64,000 nucleotides of DNA from Glycera tridactyla (GCA_965644265.1 OZ286473.1:52266001-52330000), one strand, 5' to 3'; shown: positions 12,134 through 24,138, counted from the stretch's first letter. The notes: a model not told the origin generated them from the sequence alone. Numbers and translations: made by a program.

Positions 12134-12810
12134 TACGGAGCTGTGTGAGCTGACGCTAACGGGAGTCACAATCTTTCTCCCCATCAACTGTAGTCAGGGT
12201 ATGAGCGGTTGATTCAAGCCAACAACGGAATGATTAGCTTTCAGGGATGTAGAAGATTTCGATGAGCGTCCGATGAATTGAAGCTTCCATCATGAAATCA
12301 CCCCTGTTACTCAATACTCAATAGGAGGAGAATTCCGTGGCAGTGCCAGCGAATGGGATATCCTCAAGAATATATGTGAGATCCCGCCTCCATTCACGAA
12401 AAACTGCGATTGAAAGTCTCTAATGACATATGCATGATTTATTCGGAAAACCCATGGAATACCAATGACAAAGCCATGGAATTATTTGGTATGTTTAGCT
12501 TTTTCTAGCTTCTGGTCGATATGACCGAAACCAGGCTTCATTTTGCTAAAGGGATAACTCCCTATAAATTGGGACCCAATTATCCACAGTGCGAGTCGGC
12601 CATCCAGCTCTACAGAGAGCGCCACCTCGCCATAGCACGAGGCTACCATGTTATCCTCGGTTGCCACGAGATGGCGTCGATGACTTCTCCGGTTTCCTTC
12701 TCACAAAGGCGACGAATGTCCGAATTCATATGTACGAATCTCAAAACCAGTTATACCCAACGTACCCCCCCCCCCCCCCCGAACCGTGTAAACACCGACT
12801 ACTTGCTTGC

Positions 12811-12890
12811 GCTGTCCTCTGCAGACACGACTCTCACAGACCCTGAGCCCTGAGTATAAGAGCATGGGGAACCAGAGAGGTTGACAGTTC
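12811..12890 (-). mobile_element. Family A fragment, copy 4 (diverged, inverted)
   Basis: ctgcagacacgactctcacagaccctga...catggggaacc matches the reverse complement of the family core. Confidence 0.55.
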
Positions 12891-13470
12891 TTCCACAAAA
12901 TATCACATTAAGCCAATACAATTGATCTTCTCTCAAATGTCCTTATTCAAATGAGTAGCTCTTGTGTACCTATCTGGGAACTAATTTTGAATGGATGAAA
13001 AATTATTCCAGTAATTGAAACTCATCCTAGAATATGACAGCTCATTCTCAGTATTGATGCTCAATTACCCCATTTTATGCACATGGCGACTTATTTCAGC
13101 TCATAGCAATCAACTTATCTCAGCACAAGACAACTCACTCCAGCATGTGACAATTCCCGTATTTCATGAAAGGCATCCCATTCCAGCATTTGACCTCATT
13201 GTAACCAGGACTTGAGCCGGGATTCCAAAATGATAAAGTTGGCCAATTTGTCAAGAAAATGTGCTGGTGGCTATGTCCGACTATCCTCTCTTCAATGCTT
13301 GTGGGGGTTGCGTGGTACACAGAGCTGTGTGAAAATGGGAGCTGTGTAGATCCGCATGGACTTCTTTCATCCCCGCGACAAAGCCTGCTTTGCCTATATC
13401 TGTAATCTCAGAATGTACGACGTGCCTACTATGTGACCAGTTCTGAGTCAAAGTGTGATGGTATGGTAAT

Positions 13471-13629
13471 GGGCCCATTCGACCGGGCGGTTTCGTGAAG
13501 CACGAAAAATCGTGAATCAACTTTTGCATTCGACTGGAAGCGTTATTTCATGATCGTGAAGAAGTTACTGCCCGGAGAAAATCGGCCGTGAAGTAACTAT
13601 TTTTCGTGAAGTACCAGTCGAATGGGCCC
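13471..13629. mobile_element. 159-bp MITE with perfect 13-bp TIRs and a 3-bp TSD (PIF/Harbinger-like)
   Basis: GGGCCCATTCGAC ... GTCGAATGGGCCC flanked by AAT on both sides (13468-13470 and 13630-13632). Confidence 0.75.
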
Positions 13630-13754
13630 AATGCGAGCATTGAACAAGTTGCACCATAGTGAATGGAGTTTGACGTTGATGGTTCATTACTGGACCCATT
13701 GGCTAAGTGTTCCCTGGTCCGCGTCCATTTCATTGTTTGCCCATGTCTCGCCCT

Positions 13755-13890
13755 TCAGCATCGAGTGTCAGCTTTCATGTCCGTTATATATGGGGACAGA
13801 TGTGTGCTCATTTGTGTTATGTAATGCGGGTAAGAGTATGTTTGAACTGACAGCCATTTCCATTCGACAACATTCTTGGCTATCTCTCCT
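13755..13890 (+). mobile_element. Family A diverged internal fragment, copy 5, directly upstream of copy 6
   Basis: gagtgtcagctttcatgtccgttatata and gaactgacagccatttccattcgacaac align to consensus gagtgtcagcttccagccagttacata and gaactgtcagctacttccacttgacaac. Confidence 0.55.
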
Positions 13891-13929
13891 CTGCCCGCAG
13901 GCAACAGTGCACTCTGATCTCCAACATAC

Positions 13930-14409
13930 CCTGCAAAAAGCGCGTACGAGGCACACCGGCTCTGGGCTACTAGGTTTGCGACTAGGTTTACGAGGCTGTG
14001 TAATGGCATCGTACTGCGAATATAGGCCAACTATATTGTAAAGCTGGTTTGAAGTTGACAGCTTGTAATTGAACATATTGGTTGAGTATTCACCAAATCT
14101 AATGCTTTTCCTTGTTTCGAGCGCAACACTTTGCTCAAAAAGAATGCATTGCTATCAGGCGTGAGTGTCAGCTTCCAGCCAGTTACATAGTCTGATATGG
14201 CATCATTGGATTCAGTTCGTTGATGTTGTGAAGGTTGAGGTGTGTCCGAACTGTCAGCTACTTCCACTTGACAACCTTTCATGTTCCCCATCATCTTGTA
14301 TTCAGGGTTTGTTATAGAGATGCAGGGGGAAGAACATTTAGCTTTCATCAACCAGAAACACACGGCATACATAACCCTAGGGTCGACACATGCCATTAAA
14401 CCTCAAACA
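13930..14409 (+). mobile_element. Family A retroposon, copy 6 (near full length)
   Basis: Colinear with copy 7 from gcaaaaagcgcgtacgaggcacacc to ttaaacctcaaac. Confidence 0.85.
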
Positions 14410-14465
14410 GATAAATGAAGTTAGTTTTTTGAGGTGACATCCAGAGACTACCTAGTGACATAGAA

Positions 14466-14588
14466 CTTCTGTGACGTCACAGTGGATGACAGTGCCCATT
14501 GTTCTGCTTCTGTGACGTCACAGTGGATGACAGTGCCCATTGTTCTGCTTCTGTGACATCACAGTGAATGGCAGTGCCCATTGTTCTG
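14466..14588. repeat. 41-bp tandem repeat x3 carrying the palindrome CTGTGACGTCACAG
   Basis: Units at 14466, 14507 and 14548; the third has TGACATCA. Confidence 0.9.
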
Positions 14589-15358
14589 CTCATAAACACG
14601 GACTGTGGAAAAGCCCAGTCTGACTCATATCAATGCCTGATCATTGTGAAAATACAACTAAATCCATTTGAGTTACTGATAGGTACATATGATATGGAGG
14701 TCTCAGAATGTGTGGATGCTATATGTGAGTAGAGTCAGAGGGCAGGATGGTAACCCACCAAAAAGGATTATTCCGCCTGGAAGTGCTCTTGTGATAGGCA
14801 CTCACCACAGGATTATCATCTATAACATTCATCTCCTCATCCGATACAGATTAATGGAACATTCTCAGCACTTAGTTACCATTGGCAACCGAGGAGATGT
14901 ACGCTTGAGGCCCGTTTCACTGACAGGTGGGTGAACTCGAAATGGCACAAATCCTCTCAACTACCATGTTTCTTCAGAAAATCATGGTGATCGGCAGCAA
15001 TCACGCAATTTTAAGTGCACTTACATCCTTGTTGAAACGTTCCAATGGATTGCTGCATCGAACTCTCTGATAAATGGCGTATGGGATTTGATTTGATGAA
15101 TTGCGAAAATCTTTGAAGCACAATATCTTGATCTGCATAAAGGTTTTTGATGATTGTCACTCTGTCCATGGAAGGTTTGCTTCGTGGATCCGTTTTTGCG
15201 TAAGCTTCTTATAGTGAGAGACAGGGCAGATTTATTACAGGAAATCCAGCATTTCTTCACGATAGGCCGCTGGAGGAATTATCGTCAGTGTAAGATGTAT
15301 GGCGAATGGTTGGGAAGTGAGAATATTTCCAGAACTTGAAATGTATATTGAATCATCC

Positions 15359-18300
15359 GCTCTGCCTCCGGCGTGCCCCCTGCCTCTGCATCTGCCTCTG
15401 CCTCTACCCCTGCCCGTGCCCCCGCCCCTGCATTTGCCACTGCCTTCTTTCTCTGCCCGTCCTTGCCTCTGAACCTGCCTATGCCGTGGCCCCTGCCTCT
15501 GCCTCTGCCCCTACCCATGCCTCTACCCCTGCCTCTGCCTTTGCCAGATATTGTCACTATGCAAAAAACGGGTACCAGGCACACCAGTTCTGGGTTACTA
15601 GGGCTGCGACTAGGTTACTAGGTTGTGTGATGGCATTGTACTGCGAGCATAGGACATTCCATGATTGTAAAGCTGGCTAGAAGTTGACAGTTTGTAATTG
15701 AACACATTGGTCGAGTATTCTCCGAATCTAATGCTTTTCCTAGTGTCGAGTGCTGCGCTTTGCAAAAAAAAAAAACATTGCTATCAGGCTTGAGTGTTAG
15801 CTTCCAGCCAGTTACATAGTTAGATATGCCATCATTAGATTCACTTTGTTCATGAAGAGTAGGTAGAGGTGTGTCTGAATTGTCAGCTACTTCCACTTGA
15901 CAACCTTTCAGGTACCCCATCATCTTGTGTCCAGGGTTTGTGAGAGTGATGTCTGCGAGGGAGAGAACATCTAGCTTTCATTGACCAGGAACACATGGCA
16001 TACATAATCCTGTAGGTTGATACATGCCGTTAAACCTCAAACAAACAAACAAACTCTGCCTTTGCTCCTGTCATGCCACTGCCACTGCCTCTGCCTCTGT
16101 CTCTGCCTCTGCCCCTGCCTCTGCCTCTGTCTCTGCCTCTGCCTCTGCCTATGCTCCTGCCTCTGCCCCTGCCCTGCCTCTGCACCTGCCCTTGCTCCTG
16201 CTCCTGCCTCTGCCCCTGCTTTTGCTTCTGCCTTTGACCCCTCCTCTGCCTCTGCCCCGGCCCCGGCCCTGCCTCTGCCTCTGCCTCTGCCTCTGCCTCT
16301 GCCTCTGCCTCTGCCCCTGCTCCTGCCTCTGCCTCTGCCTTCGCCTCAGTCTCTGTCTATTCCCCCGACCCCGCTCCTGCCTTTGCCTTTGCCTTTGCCT
16401 CAGCTTCTGTCTTTGACCCTGCCTCTGCCTCTGCCTCCGCCTCCGCCTCCGCCTCCGCCTCCGCCTCCGCCTCTGCCTCTGCCTCTGCCTCTGCCTCTGC
16501 CTCTGTCTCTGCCCCTACCCTTGCATCTACCCCTACCTCTGCCCCTGCCCTTGCTTCTATTTATGCCTCTGCCATGCCTCCACCTTTGCCTCTACCTCTA
16601 CATCTGCCTCTGACACTGGCTCTGCCTCTGCCTCTACCCCCACTTCTGCCCCTGCCCCTGCCTCTGCCCCTGCCTCTGTCTCTGCCCCTGCCATTGCCCC
16701 ACCTCTGCCCCTGCCCCTGCCCCTGCCTATGCCCCTGCTTCTGCTTCTGTCTTTGACCCTTCCTCTGCCTCTGCCCCGGCCCCGGCCCTGCCTCTGCCTC
16801 TGCCTCTGCCTCTGCCCCTGCTCCTGCCTCTGCCTCTGCCTCTGCCTTTGCCTCAGTCTCTGTCTATTCCCCTGCCCCTGCCCCTGCCCCTGCGCCTGCC
16901 CCCGACCCCGCTCCTGCCTTTGCCTTTGCCTTTGCCTCAGCTTCTGTCTNNNNNNNNNNNNNNNNNNNNNNNNNNNNNNNNNNNNNNNNNNNNNNNNNNN
17001 NNNNNNNNNNNNNNNNNNNNNNNNNNNNNNNNNNNNNNNNNNNNNNNNNNNNNNNNNNNNNNNNNNNNNNNNNNNNNNNNNNNNNNNNNNNNNNNNNNNN
17101 NNNNNNNNNNNNNNNNNNNNNNNNNNNNNNNNNNNNNNNCCCTGCCTCTGCCCCTGCCCTTGCTTCTATTTATGCCTCTGCCATGCCTCCACCTTTGCCT
17201 CTACCTCTACATCTGCCTCTGCCCCTGCCTCTGTCTCTGCCCCTGCCATTGCCCCACCTCTGCCCCTGCCCCTGCCCCTGCCTATGCCCCTGCTTCTGCT
17301 TCTGTCTTTGACCCTTCCTCTGCCTCTGCCCCGGCCCCGGCCCTGCCTCTGCCTCTGCCTCTGCCTCTGCCTCTGCCCCTGCTCCTGCCTCTGCCTCTGC
17401 CTCTGCCTTTGCCTCAGTCTCTGTCTATTCCCCTGCCCCTGCCCCTGCCCCTGCGCCTGCCCCCGACCCCGCTCCTGCCTTTGCCTTTGCCTTTGCCTCA
17501 GCTTCTGTCTNNNNNNNNNNNNNNNNNNNNNNNNNNNNNNNNNNNNNNNNNNNNNNNNNNNNNNNNNNNNNNNNNNNNNNNNNNNNNNNNNNNNNNNNNN
17601 NNNNNNNNNNNNNNNNNNNNNNNNNNNNNNNNNNNNNNNNNNNNNNNNNNNNNNNNNNNNNNNNNNNNNNNNNNNNNNNNNNNNNNNNNNNNNNNNNNNN
17701 NNNNNNNNNNNNNNNNNNCCCTGCCTCTGCCCCTGCCCTTGCTTCTATTTATGCCTCTGCCATGCCTCCACCTTTGCCTCTACCTCTACATCTGCCTCTG
17801 ACACTGGCTCTGCCTCTGCCTCTGCCTCTACCCCCACTTCTGCCCCTGCCCCTGCCTCTGCCCCTGCCTCTGTCTCTGCCCCTGCCATTGCCCCACCTCT
17901 GCCCCTGCCCCTGCCCCTGCCTATGCCCCTGCCTCTGTCTCTGCCTCTGCCTCTGCCTCTGCCCCTGCCCCTGCTCCTGCCCCTGCATCTGTCTCTGCCT
18001 CTGCCTCTGCCCTGCCTCTGCACCTGCCCTTGCTCCTGCCCCTGCCTCTGCCTCTGCCCCTGCTTCTGCTTCAGCCTTTGACCCTTCCCCTGCCTCTGCC
18101 TACCTGCCTGCCCTTCCTCTGCCTCTGCCTCTGCCTTTGCCTCTGCCTCTGCCTCTGCCTCTACCTCTGCCCCTGCCCCTGCCCCTGCCTCTGCCTCTGC
18201 TTCTGCCTCTGCTTCTGCTTCTGCCTCTGCCTCAGTCTCTGTCTCTGCCTCTTCCCCTGCCCCTGTCCCTGCCCCTGCCCCCTCCCCTGCCCCTGCCTTT

Positions 18301-18712
18301 GTCTTTGCCTCTGTCTCTGCCTCTGCCTCTGCTCCTGTCTTTGATCCTGCCTCNNNNNNNNNNNNNNNNNNNNNNNNNNNNNNNNNNNNNNNNNNNNNNN
18401 NNNNNNNNNNNNNNNNNNNNNNNNNNNNNNNNNNNNNNNNNNNNNNNNNNNNNNNNNNNNNNNNNNNNNNNNNNNNNNNNNNNNNNNNNNNNNNNNNNNN
18501 NNNNNNNNNNNNNNNNNNNNNNNNNNNNNNNNNNNNNNNNNNNNNNNNNNNNNNNNNNNNNNNNNNNNNNNNNNNNNNNNNTACCCCTGCCCCTACCCTT
18601 GCATCTACCCCTGCCTCTGCCCCTGTCCTTGCTTCTGTTTATGCCTCTGCCATGCCTCCACCTTCGCCTCTACCTCTACCTCTGCCACTGCCACTGCCTC
18701 TGCCTCTGCCAT
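15359..18712. repeat. (GCCTCT/GCCCCT)n hexamer array with ~500-600-bp higher-order repeats, split by family A copy 7 and three N-gaps
   Basis: The marker cttctatttatgcctctgccatgcctccacc recurs at ~16553, 17162, 17741 and 18631. ctcagtctctgtctattcccc recurs at ~16345, 16852 and 17413. Confidence 0.9.
15545..16053 (+). mobile_element. Family A retroposon, copy 7 (longest TSD-bounded copy, 509 bp), inserted into the GCCTCT array
   Basis: Ends ttaaacctcaaacaaacaaacaaa. Flanked by CTCTGCCTTTGC at 15533-15544 and 16054-16065, a candidate TSD, though in repetitive context. Confidence 0.85.
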
Positions 18713-19232
18713 CGCCGAAGACGACGGCGACGATAACGACGGCAACGATGACGACGATGGCGGCTACGTCGTTGTCGACGACGACGATGACAACGATGAC
18801 GACAACGACGATGAAGATCATAAAGGAGGAGAAAGGAAAGGGGGCGGGTGTACAATTTGATGAGCATCTGCACACAGGCCGGCCGCGTATGTCAATGACG
18901 CACTTTGCCCTTTCTCTGGAGGAGCCATCGGGCCCATTGGGTGACAAGATAGACGCCATTGGCGAGTGTTTTATGTGAGGATGGCGTGTGCTGAAAGCTG
19001 CTGAATTTGCGACTTTCTTCCCGACATACCTGATGATCTACACAGCTCACACGTCTACTTCATCATCCCGACTGCCGATGTTATCTCAACTTCGATACCT
19101 CTGTATAGTGTCAGGTCGAAAATCTCATCAGCACCATCAGCGTGGGAGAGGCATCAGCAACAAGAGCGCCAAGACATACAGTGGAGAATTTGCTTGATCG
19201 GTCAGCTCAAACACCTGCATTTCTACTCATGA

Positions 19233-19604
19233 ATCTGTTGGATAGTTAGAGGTGTGTCAGCTACTTCCACTTCTCCGAATTCAATGCTATTTCTTGTTTC
19301 AAGTGCTGTGCTTTGCTAAAAAAAAAGCATTGTCATCAGTCCTGAGTGTCAGCCTTCATCTAGCTACATAGTTAGATATGCCATCACTAGATTCAGTTTC
19401 TTCATGTTGAGTTGGTAGAGGTGTGTCTGAACTGTCAGCTACTCCCCCTTGACAAGCTTTCAGGTTCCCATCATCTTGTGTCCAGGGTTTGTGAGAGTGA
19501 TGTCTGCAGTGCAGGGAGAGAATATCCGGATTCCATGGACCATGAACACATGGCATATTTGATCATGTGTGTTGATACACGTCATGAATTCTCAAACAAG
19601 CAAA
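19233..19604 (+). mobile_element. Family A retroposon, copy 8 (extra core fragment at its 5' end)
   Basis: agaggtgtgtcagctacttccact at ~19245-19272 precedes the normal tctccgaattcaatgc... body. Ends ctcaaacaagcaaa. Confidence 0.8.
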
Positions 19605-22311
19605 TACTCACATGAAACTAAGTGTTCACAATGAAGCTGCTCAGCCCTCGAACGGACGCACTTTCTCTTTGGAAAGGTATTTTGATGATTCCCCTCCAAA
19701 ACAAGTAGGCCCTGAAAAATGTCAACACATGATTAATCAGTGGTAACACAGAGTGAAAGCACCGGCGATTAAGTGGAATTAATCAAAATTCATTTGATGA
19801 TTCTGTCATGCAGGCTCCAATCATGCAAATATGAGAGAGACTATCGTATATGAGTAGTGACACTATTTGAAAAAGTTGCGTTGTTCGGTAATCAGCATCA
19901 AGAACGAGATGACCATTGCACTGAATTGCTTTAATTGCCCATTTGCTCCATTTCCATGATGGATAAGATGGTTTCGCCGCAGTATACTAGATACAGGCAC
20001 CACAGAGATGATTCCACATTGACAAAATGTTATTGATATCGCTCAGACAGTGGAAATATCGCGGAGAATAGATTTGTCAATAATGACATAAGAGAAAATT
20101 TGCTAGCATATTCTCTGAAGAAACCTATGCGAGAAGGAGTATTGCCTCTGCCACTACCAGGGTGAGAGCAACTCGTGATTTTGATGGTGAGAGAATGAGT
20201 GGGTGGATTTTTGATTGAATGAGTGATTGGTTGAGCGGATGGGAAGACAAGATGACGAATAGTTCAACAGATTATATATTCGTCTCGCTCATCCGGCGTT
20301 CATGGGCACTGTCAGCGCTTGTGACAGCGAATTTTCTTCACAATTTCGTGTACACCATGAATTTATCCTGAAAAAGAAATATCCATATAGCCCAGTGTTT
20401 TTGTATTATGATACGGATATAGTCTCCATGCTTGGCACAGGCCTTGAAAATGGCTTTGAGACTGGAAAAGGCCGCGAAAATGGTCTTCCCTTGAAATACC
20501 TTGACAAAATTGAATTAATCTACGAAGTAGTCGATTTGGTCCTGAAAATCAGTATATATATATAATGATGGAGTGGCATGTAACCTACAGAGCTACTCAA
20601 GTAGCATCAGATAGTATACATTGCCACAGGTAGCTGTATGCGTGCCTTCTTTGGAGGCGTCTCGAAATACAATACGCCACATCATCAGCCGGTTCCACTT
20701 TCGGCCACCAGACCGCTTTTGGTCACGCCATCTAGTGATGAGCTTAGGACCGGATTCGCATGGCCAAATATGACATTTTTACCACCGTCAAAGTCTTCCA
20801 TACCGACATGTCCGAATAATACCCATCCTACCACCTAGGGTTCACACGGGCTTTCGAAACCCGGATAAGCACTCGAATTGGAGCTTTTTGGCCCTGAATT
20901 TGGCAGTGTATTCCGGTCCATGAAGACAAGAAAAACTGAAATGTGTTGTTCTACCATATGTGAGAATTCGATCCTACTATTTGCCTTCGCAATTAACTCA
21001 AACACCCTCCACCGACGTCCAACGACAGAAGAACTTGCACAATTTCGTCATCGTCAATTTGATGCCAGTAGGAATTTGTAGTTTGTGTCGCTTCCAACAA
21101 TGGGCTACCCCGGGAAATCACCCTGTGAAGATTGAATGAGGCAGATGGGGGGAAATTGGTTTCGATTAACCATAAGAGATCCGTAGAGAAAACTGTTGAA
21201 GGAGGTTTGATCACGGGTATGGTAATTCATGGAGTCCAAGTTGCCCAGGATACCAGATCCTGAGCTTTGTACTTGGAGTTGACAACTCGTTGCTCAACTG
21301 TCCCTGCTGCCAATTTGATAATTGTGTCTCATTTCCGCATGAAATGTGGTTTTCCAAAATATCCTGGACATATGATCGACATAAGCCTTCGTTCAGGAAA
21401 TTCCATGATTTCTGACTTTCATGTGGCTGCCACTAAAACCTAATTCATGATTTATCCCTGCTTCAAATTGTGGTTCGCTAAAGCACTCTAAACTTTATTT
21501 CGAGAAATTATGATATTAAACAACTATATGAAATGCTAGACTCCTGAATAAAGTCGATTCTGTCTATATAAAGACTACCGCCGGTCGCACGCAACAGCAG
21601 CCACTTTCGGGGGTGTCCATTTACTGAAGAAAAATGTGCCCGGCGTCACAGCTCATGATGGCTATTGTGGTACTTCTTTAAACGTGCTCTCTCGTCTTTG
21701 ATAGACTGTATTTGTAACCGTTCCTGTTTTGAGGCTAAAATGCTGGCTGATTGTTTTGTATCGAATTCCAGCCACAGGGTATACAATTATGCTTGGAAGA
21801 CGGCTGCTCAAGATATACATTCTATGCATTTACCTCTGGTGCCTGGTAACTGTGTGTGGCGTCTTAAATCAGTTGAACACGGACATTGAATCGTGGGCCC
21901 TCGTGCATAATGCCGTGCTGTTTTATTTCGAGTGTTTGTCGCTTTCGTTTTCCGGTGGGAAATGAACAAGTTAGTTGACTCCGTTGCCCGGTTGCCATTT
22001 TGCTGCCTTTCCGAAATGGCTTCTATGCGTGGGCGGATGTCCGATGGCAAAGTTGTGTGTGGCTTCACTGGTTCCCGTCGACGACGCCAGGTGTGTTGCG
22101 CGTGACCTCATTAGTTCATGTCGACGCCGCCAGGGTGTGTCCGCCTGCGAGTTTCGTTCCCATCGATGCCACCAGGTGTGTCGTTGCCGTCGTGATCAAG
22201 ATCTCTATTACCCAGTTGTTTGGTGTTTCACGGCATGCGTCAACCCATGCGATGAATGCTGCCCATTTGAGATCCGCGAGAGCGGGATATTGTTTCCCCC
22301 GCACCCCCCCC

Positions 22312-22315
22312 CTCT

Positions 22316-22385
<70 letters not shown>

Positions 22386-22550
22386 CTCTCTCCAACAGCA
22401 ACAGCAGCAGCAGTAGCAATGACACACCACCTACTACACCACCAACACTACCTGCAGCGAACACTAACAACACCTACAGTACCAAAGCCTCAACCACTTC
22501 CAAGACACCCACGACCACTACCACCACCACCAACAGCAACACCATCATGA
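22312..22550. repeat. (CT)n/(CTAT)n followed by CAG/CAC/CAA low-complexity sequence
   Basis: Direct reading. Confidence 0.9.
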
Positions 22551-23078
22551 CTAGCACCTGTACCACACTCTCTTTCTCCCTCTCTTTCGCCCTTTCTCTT
22601 CGGCACTAGAACAATATGTACAGGAGCAAATCTGGCCAAAAAAGTCAATTCTTTACTTCACTTTCATTTGAATTTTATTTCAGACCATGATACCGAGTTC
22701 CAGAATTCTGTCTTGCAGACTCCAGATATCAGCCAGATGTGAAAAGCATTAGCCTCAGGCTGACTGGCTAAGGACTAGCGCCAACCAAGCACGAGATACG
22801 AGTGTGCATATGTTGATGGAATTGATGGCTCAATCGTCTTTACTTAGAGATGTACCACTGACACAGGGGGGACGTTCTACCACCGCCTCACCCGACGTTC
22901 GGCACGTCCCGACGTAACATGATCTGCCGCATGGCGATGACGTTATCGACGTCCGCAACGCATACCTCGGCTTAGCCACCACCTCTGATCACTAACACCG
23001 GAACACTGTGATCGTTATTAGGTCGATTATTATATCTAAAGACTCACTGATCCACTCATGCGTACACACCAGACTGAC

Positions 23079-23082
<4 letters not shown>

Positions 23083-23160
<78 letters not shown>

Positions 23161-23568
23161 TGGTTGATTTCATCATGGAGCAATAGCTCACTTCTACTTC
23201 AAAAACCAGCTGTGGAAGGGCTGANNNNNNNNNNNNNNNNNNNNNNNNNNNNNNNNNNNNNNNNNNNNNNNNNNNNNNNNNNNNNNNNNNNNNNNNNNNN
23301 NNNNNNNNNNNNNNNNNNNNNNNNNNNNNNNNNNNNNNNNNNNNNNNNNNNNNNNNNNNNNNNNNNNNNNNNNNNNNNNNNNNNNNNNNNNNNNNNNNNN
23401 NNACATTGCTAACTGTTGGTACACTATGGCTAGAGTACCCAATGTTAAATCTTGAATGTTAATTTGTGGTGCTCATAAGTTCACATTGGCTGTAGTGAGT
23501 GAGGGGGGGGGGCATTAGTCATCCTCTGGATTACAGTTCTAGTTATTGTTCTTCTTCTTCTTCTTCTT

Positions 23569-23599
<31 letters not shown>

Positions 23600-24138
23600 T
23601 TATTATTATTATTATCATTGTTGATATCATCTTTATTATCATTCTTATATTTATCATTGTTATCATTATCATTGTTATCATTCGTTGTTAGAGTGTGAAT
23701 GCTTCGGTTCACAAGCTCTACCGATATCAGAATTACGTTTTGTGGCCGCATGCTTATGCCTGAACGTTTCTGAAGTTCGTTGGTGATTTAATCAGGCTAT
23801 TCGGACAGATTGAGTGCACTGACTAACAAGAATTGCCATCGCTGTCTGTAGTCAAGTAACTTTTCACACCTGGGTCGAGTAGAATGGTAGAGGGGGGGGG
23901 GGGAGAGATTGACCCTGTCACGTCAACACAAAGGCGCCCCCGGTTTAGGAATGTGATCCACCATCAGCACCACATCTCCAACACGGCCAGCGTGACGATG
24001 ACGACGCCGATGACGACGACAACGACGATGCGACCACCACCACCACCTACAACGTCACTACCATCACCACCCTACCACCACCACCACTACCACCACCACC
24101 ACCACCACCACCACCACCACCACCACCACCACCACCAC
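23083..24138. repeat. Microsatellite cluster: (TA)n 23083-23156, (TTC)n(TTA)n 23548-23680, (CAC)n 24040-24138
   Basis: Direct reading. Confidence 0.9.

Noticed and set aside
13356-13440. PAS-like peptide MDFFHPRDKACFA
   Set aside because: In-frame stop three codons upstream and a stop after 26 codons; short chance resemblance.
16017-18850. Ala/Ser/Pro-rich plus Asp-rich biomineralisation-type protein
   Set aside because: Frames shift repeatedly within the hexamer array, and the Asp run is a GAC/GAT microsatellite ending in a stop. No splice support.
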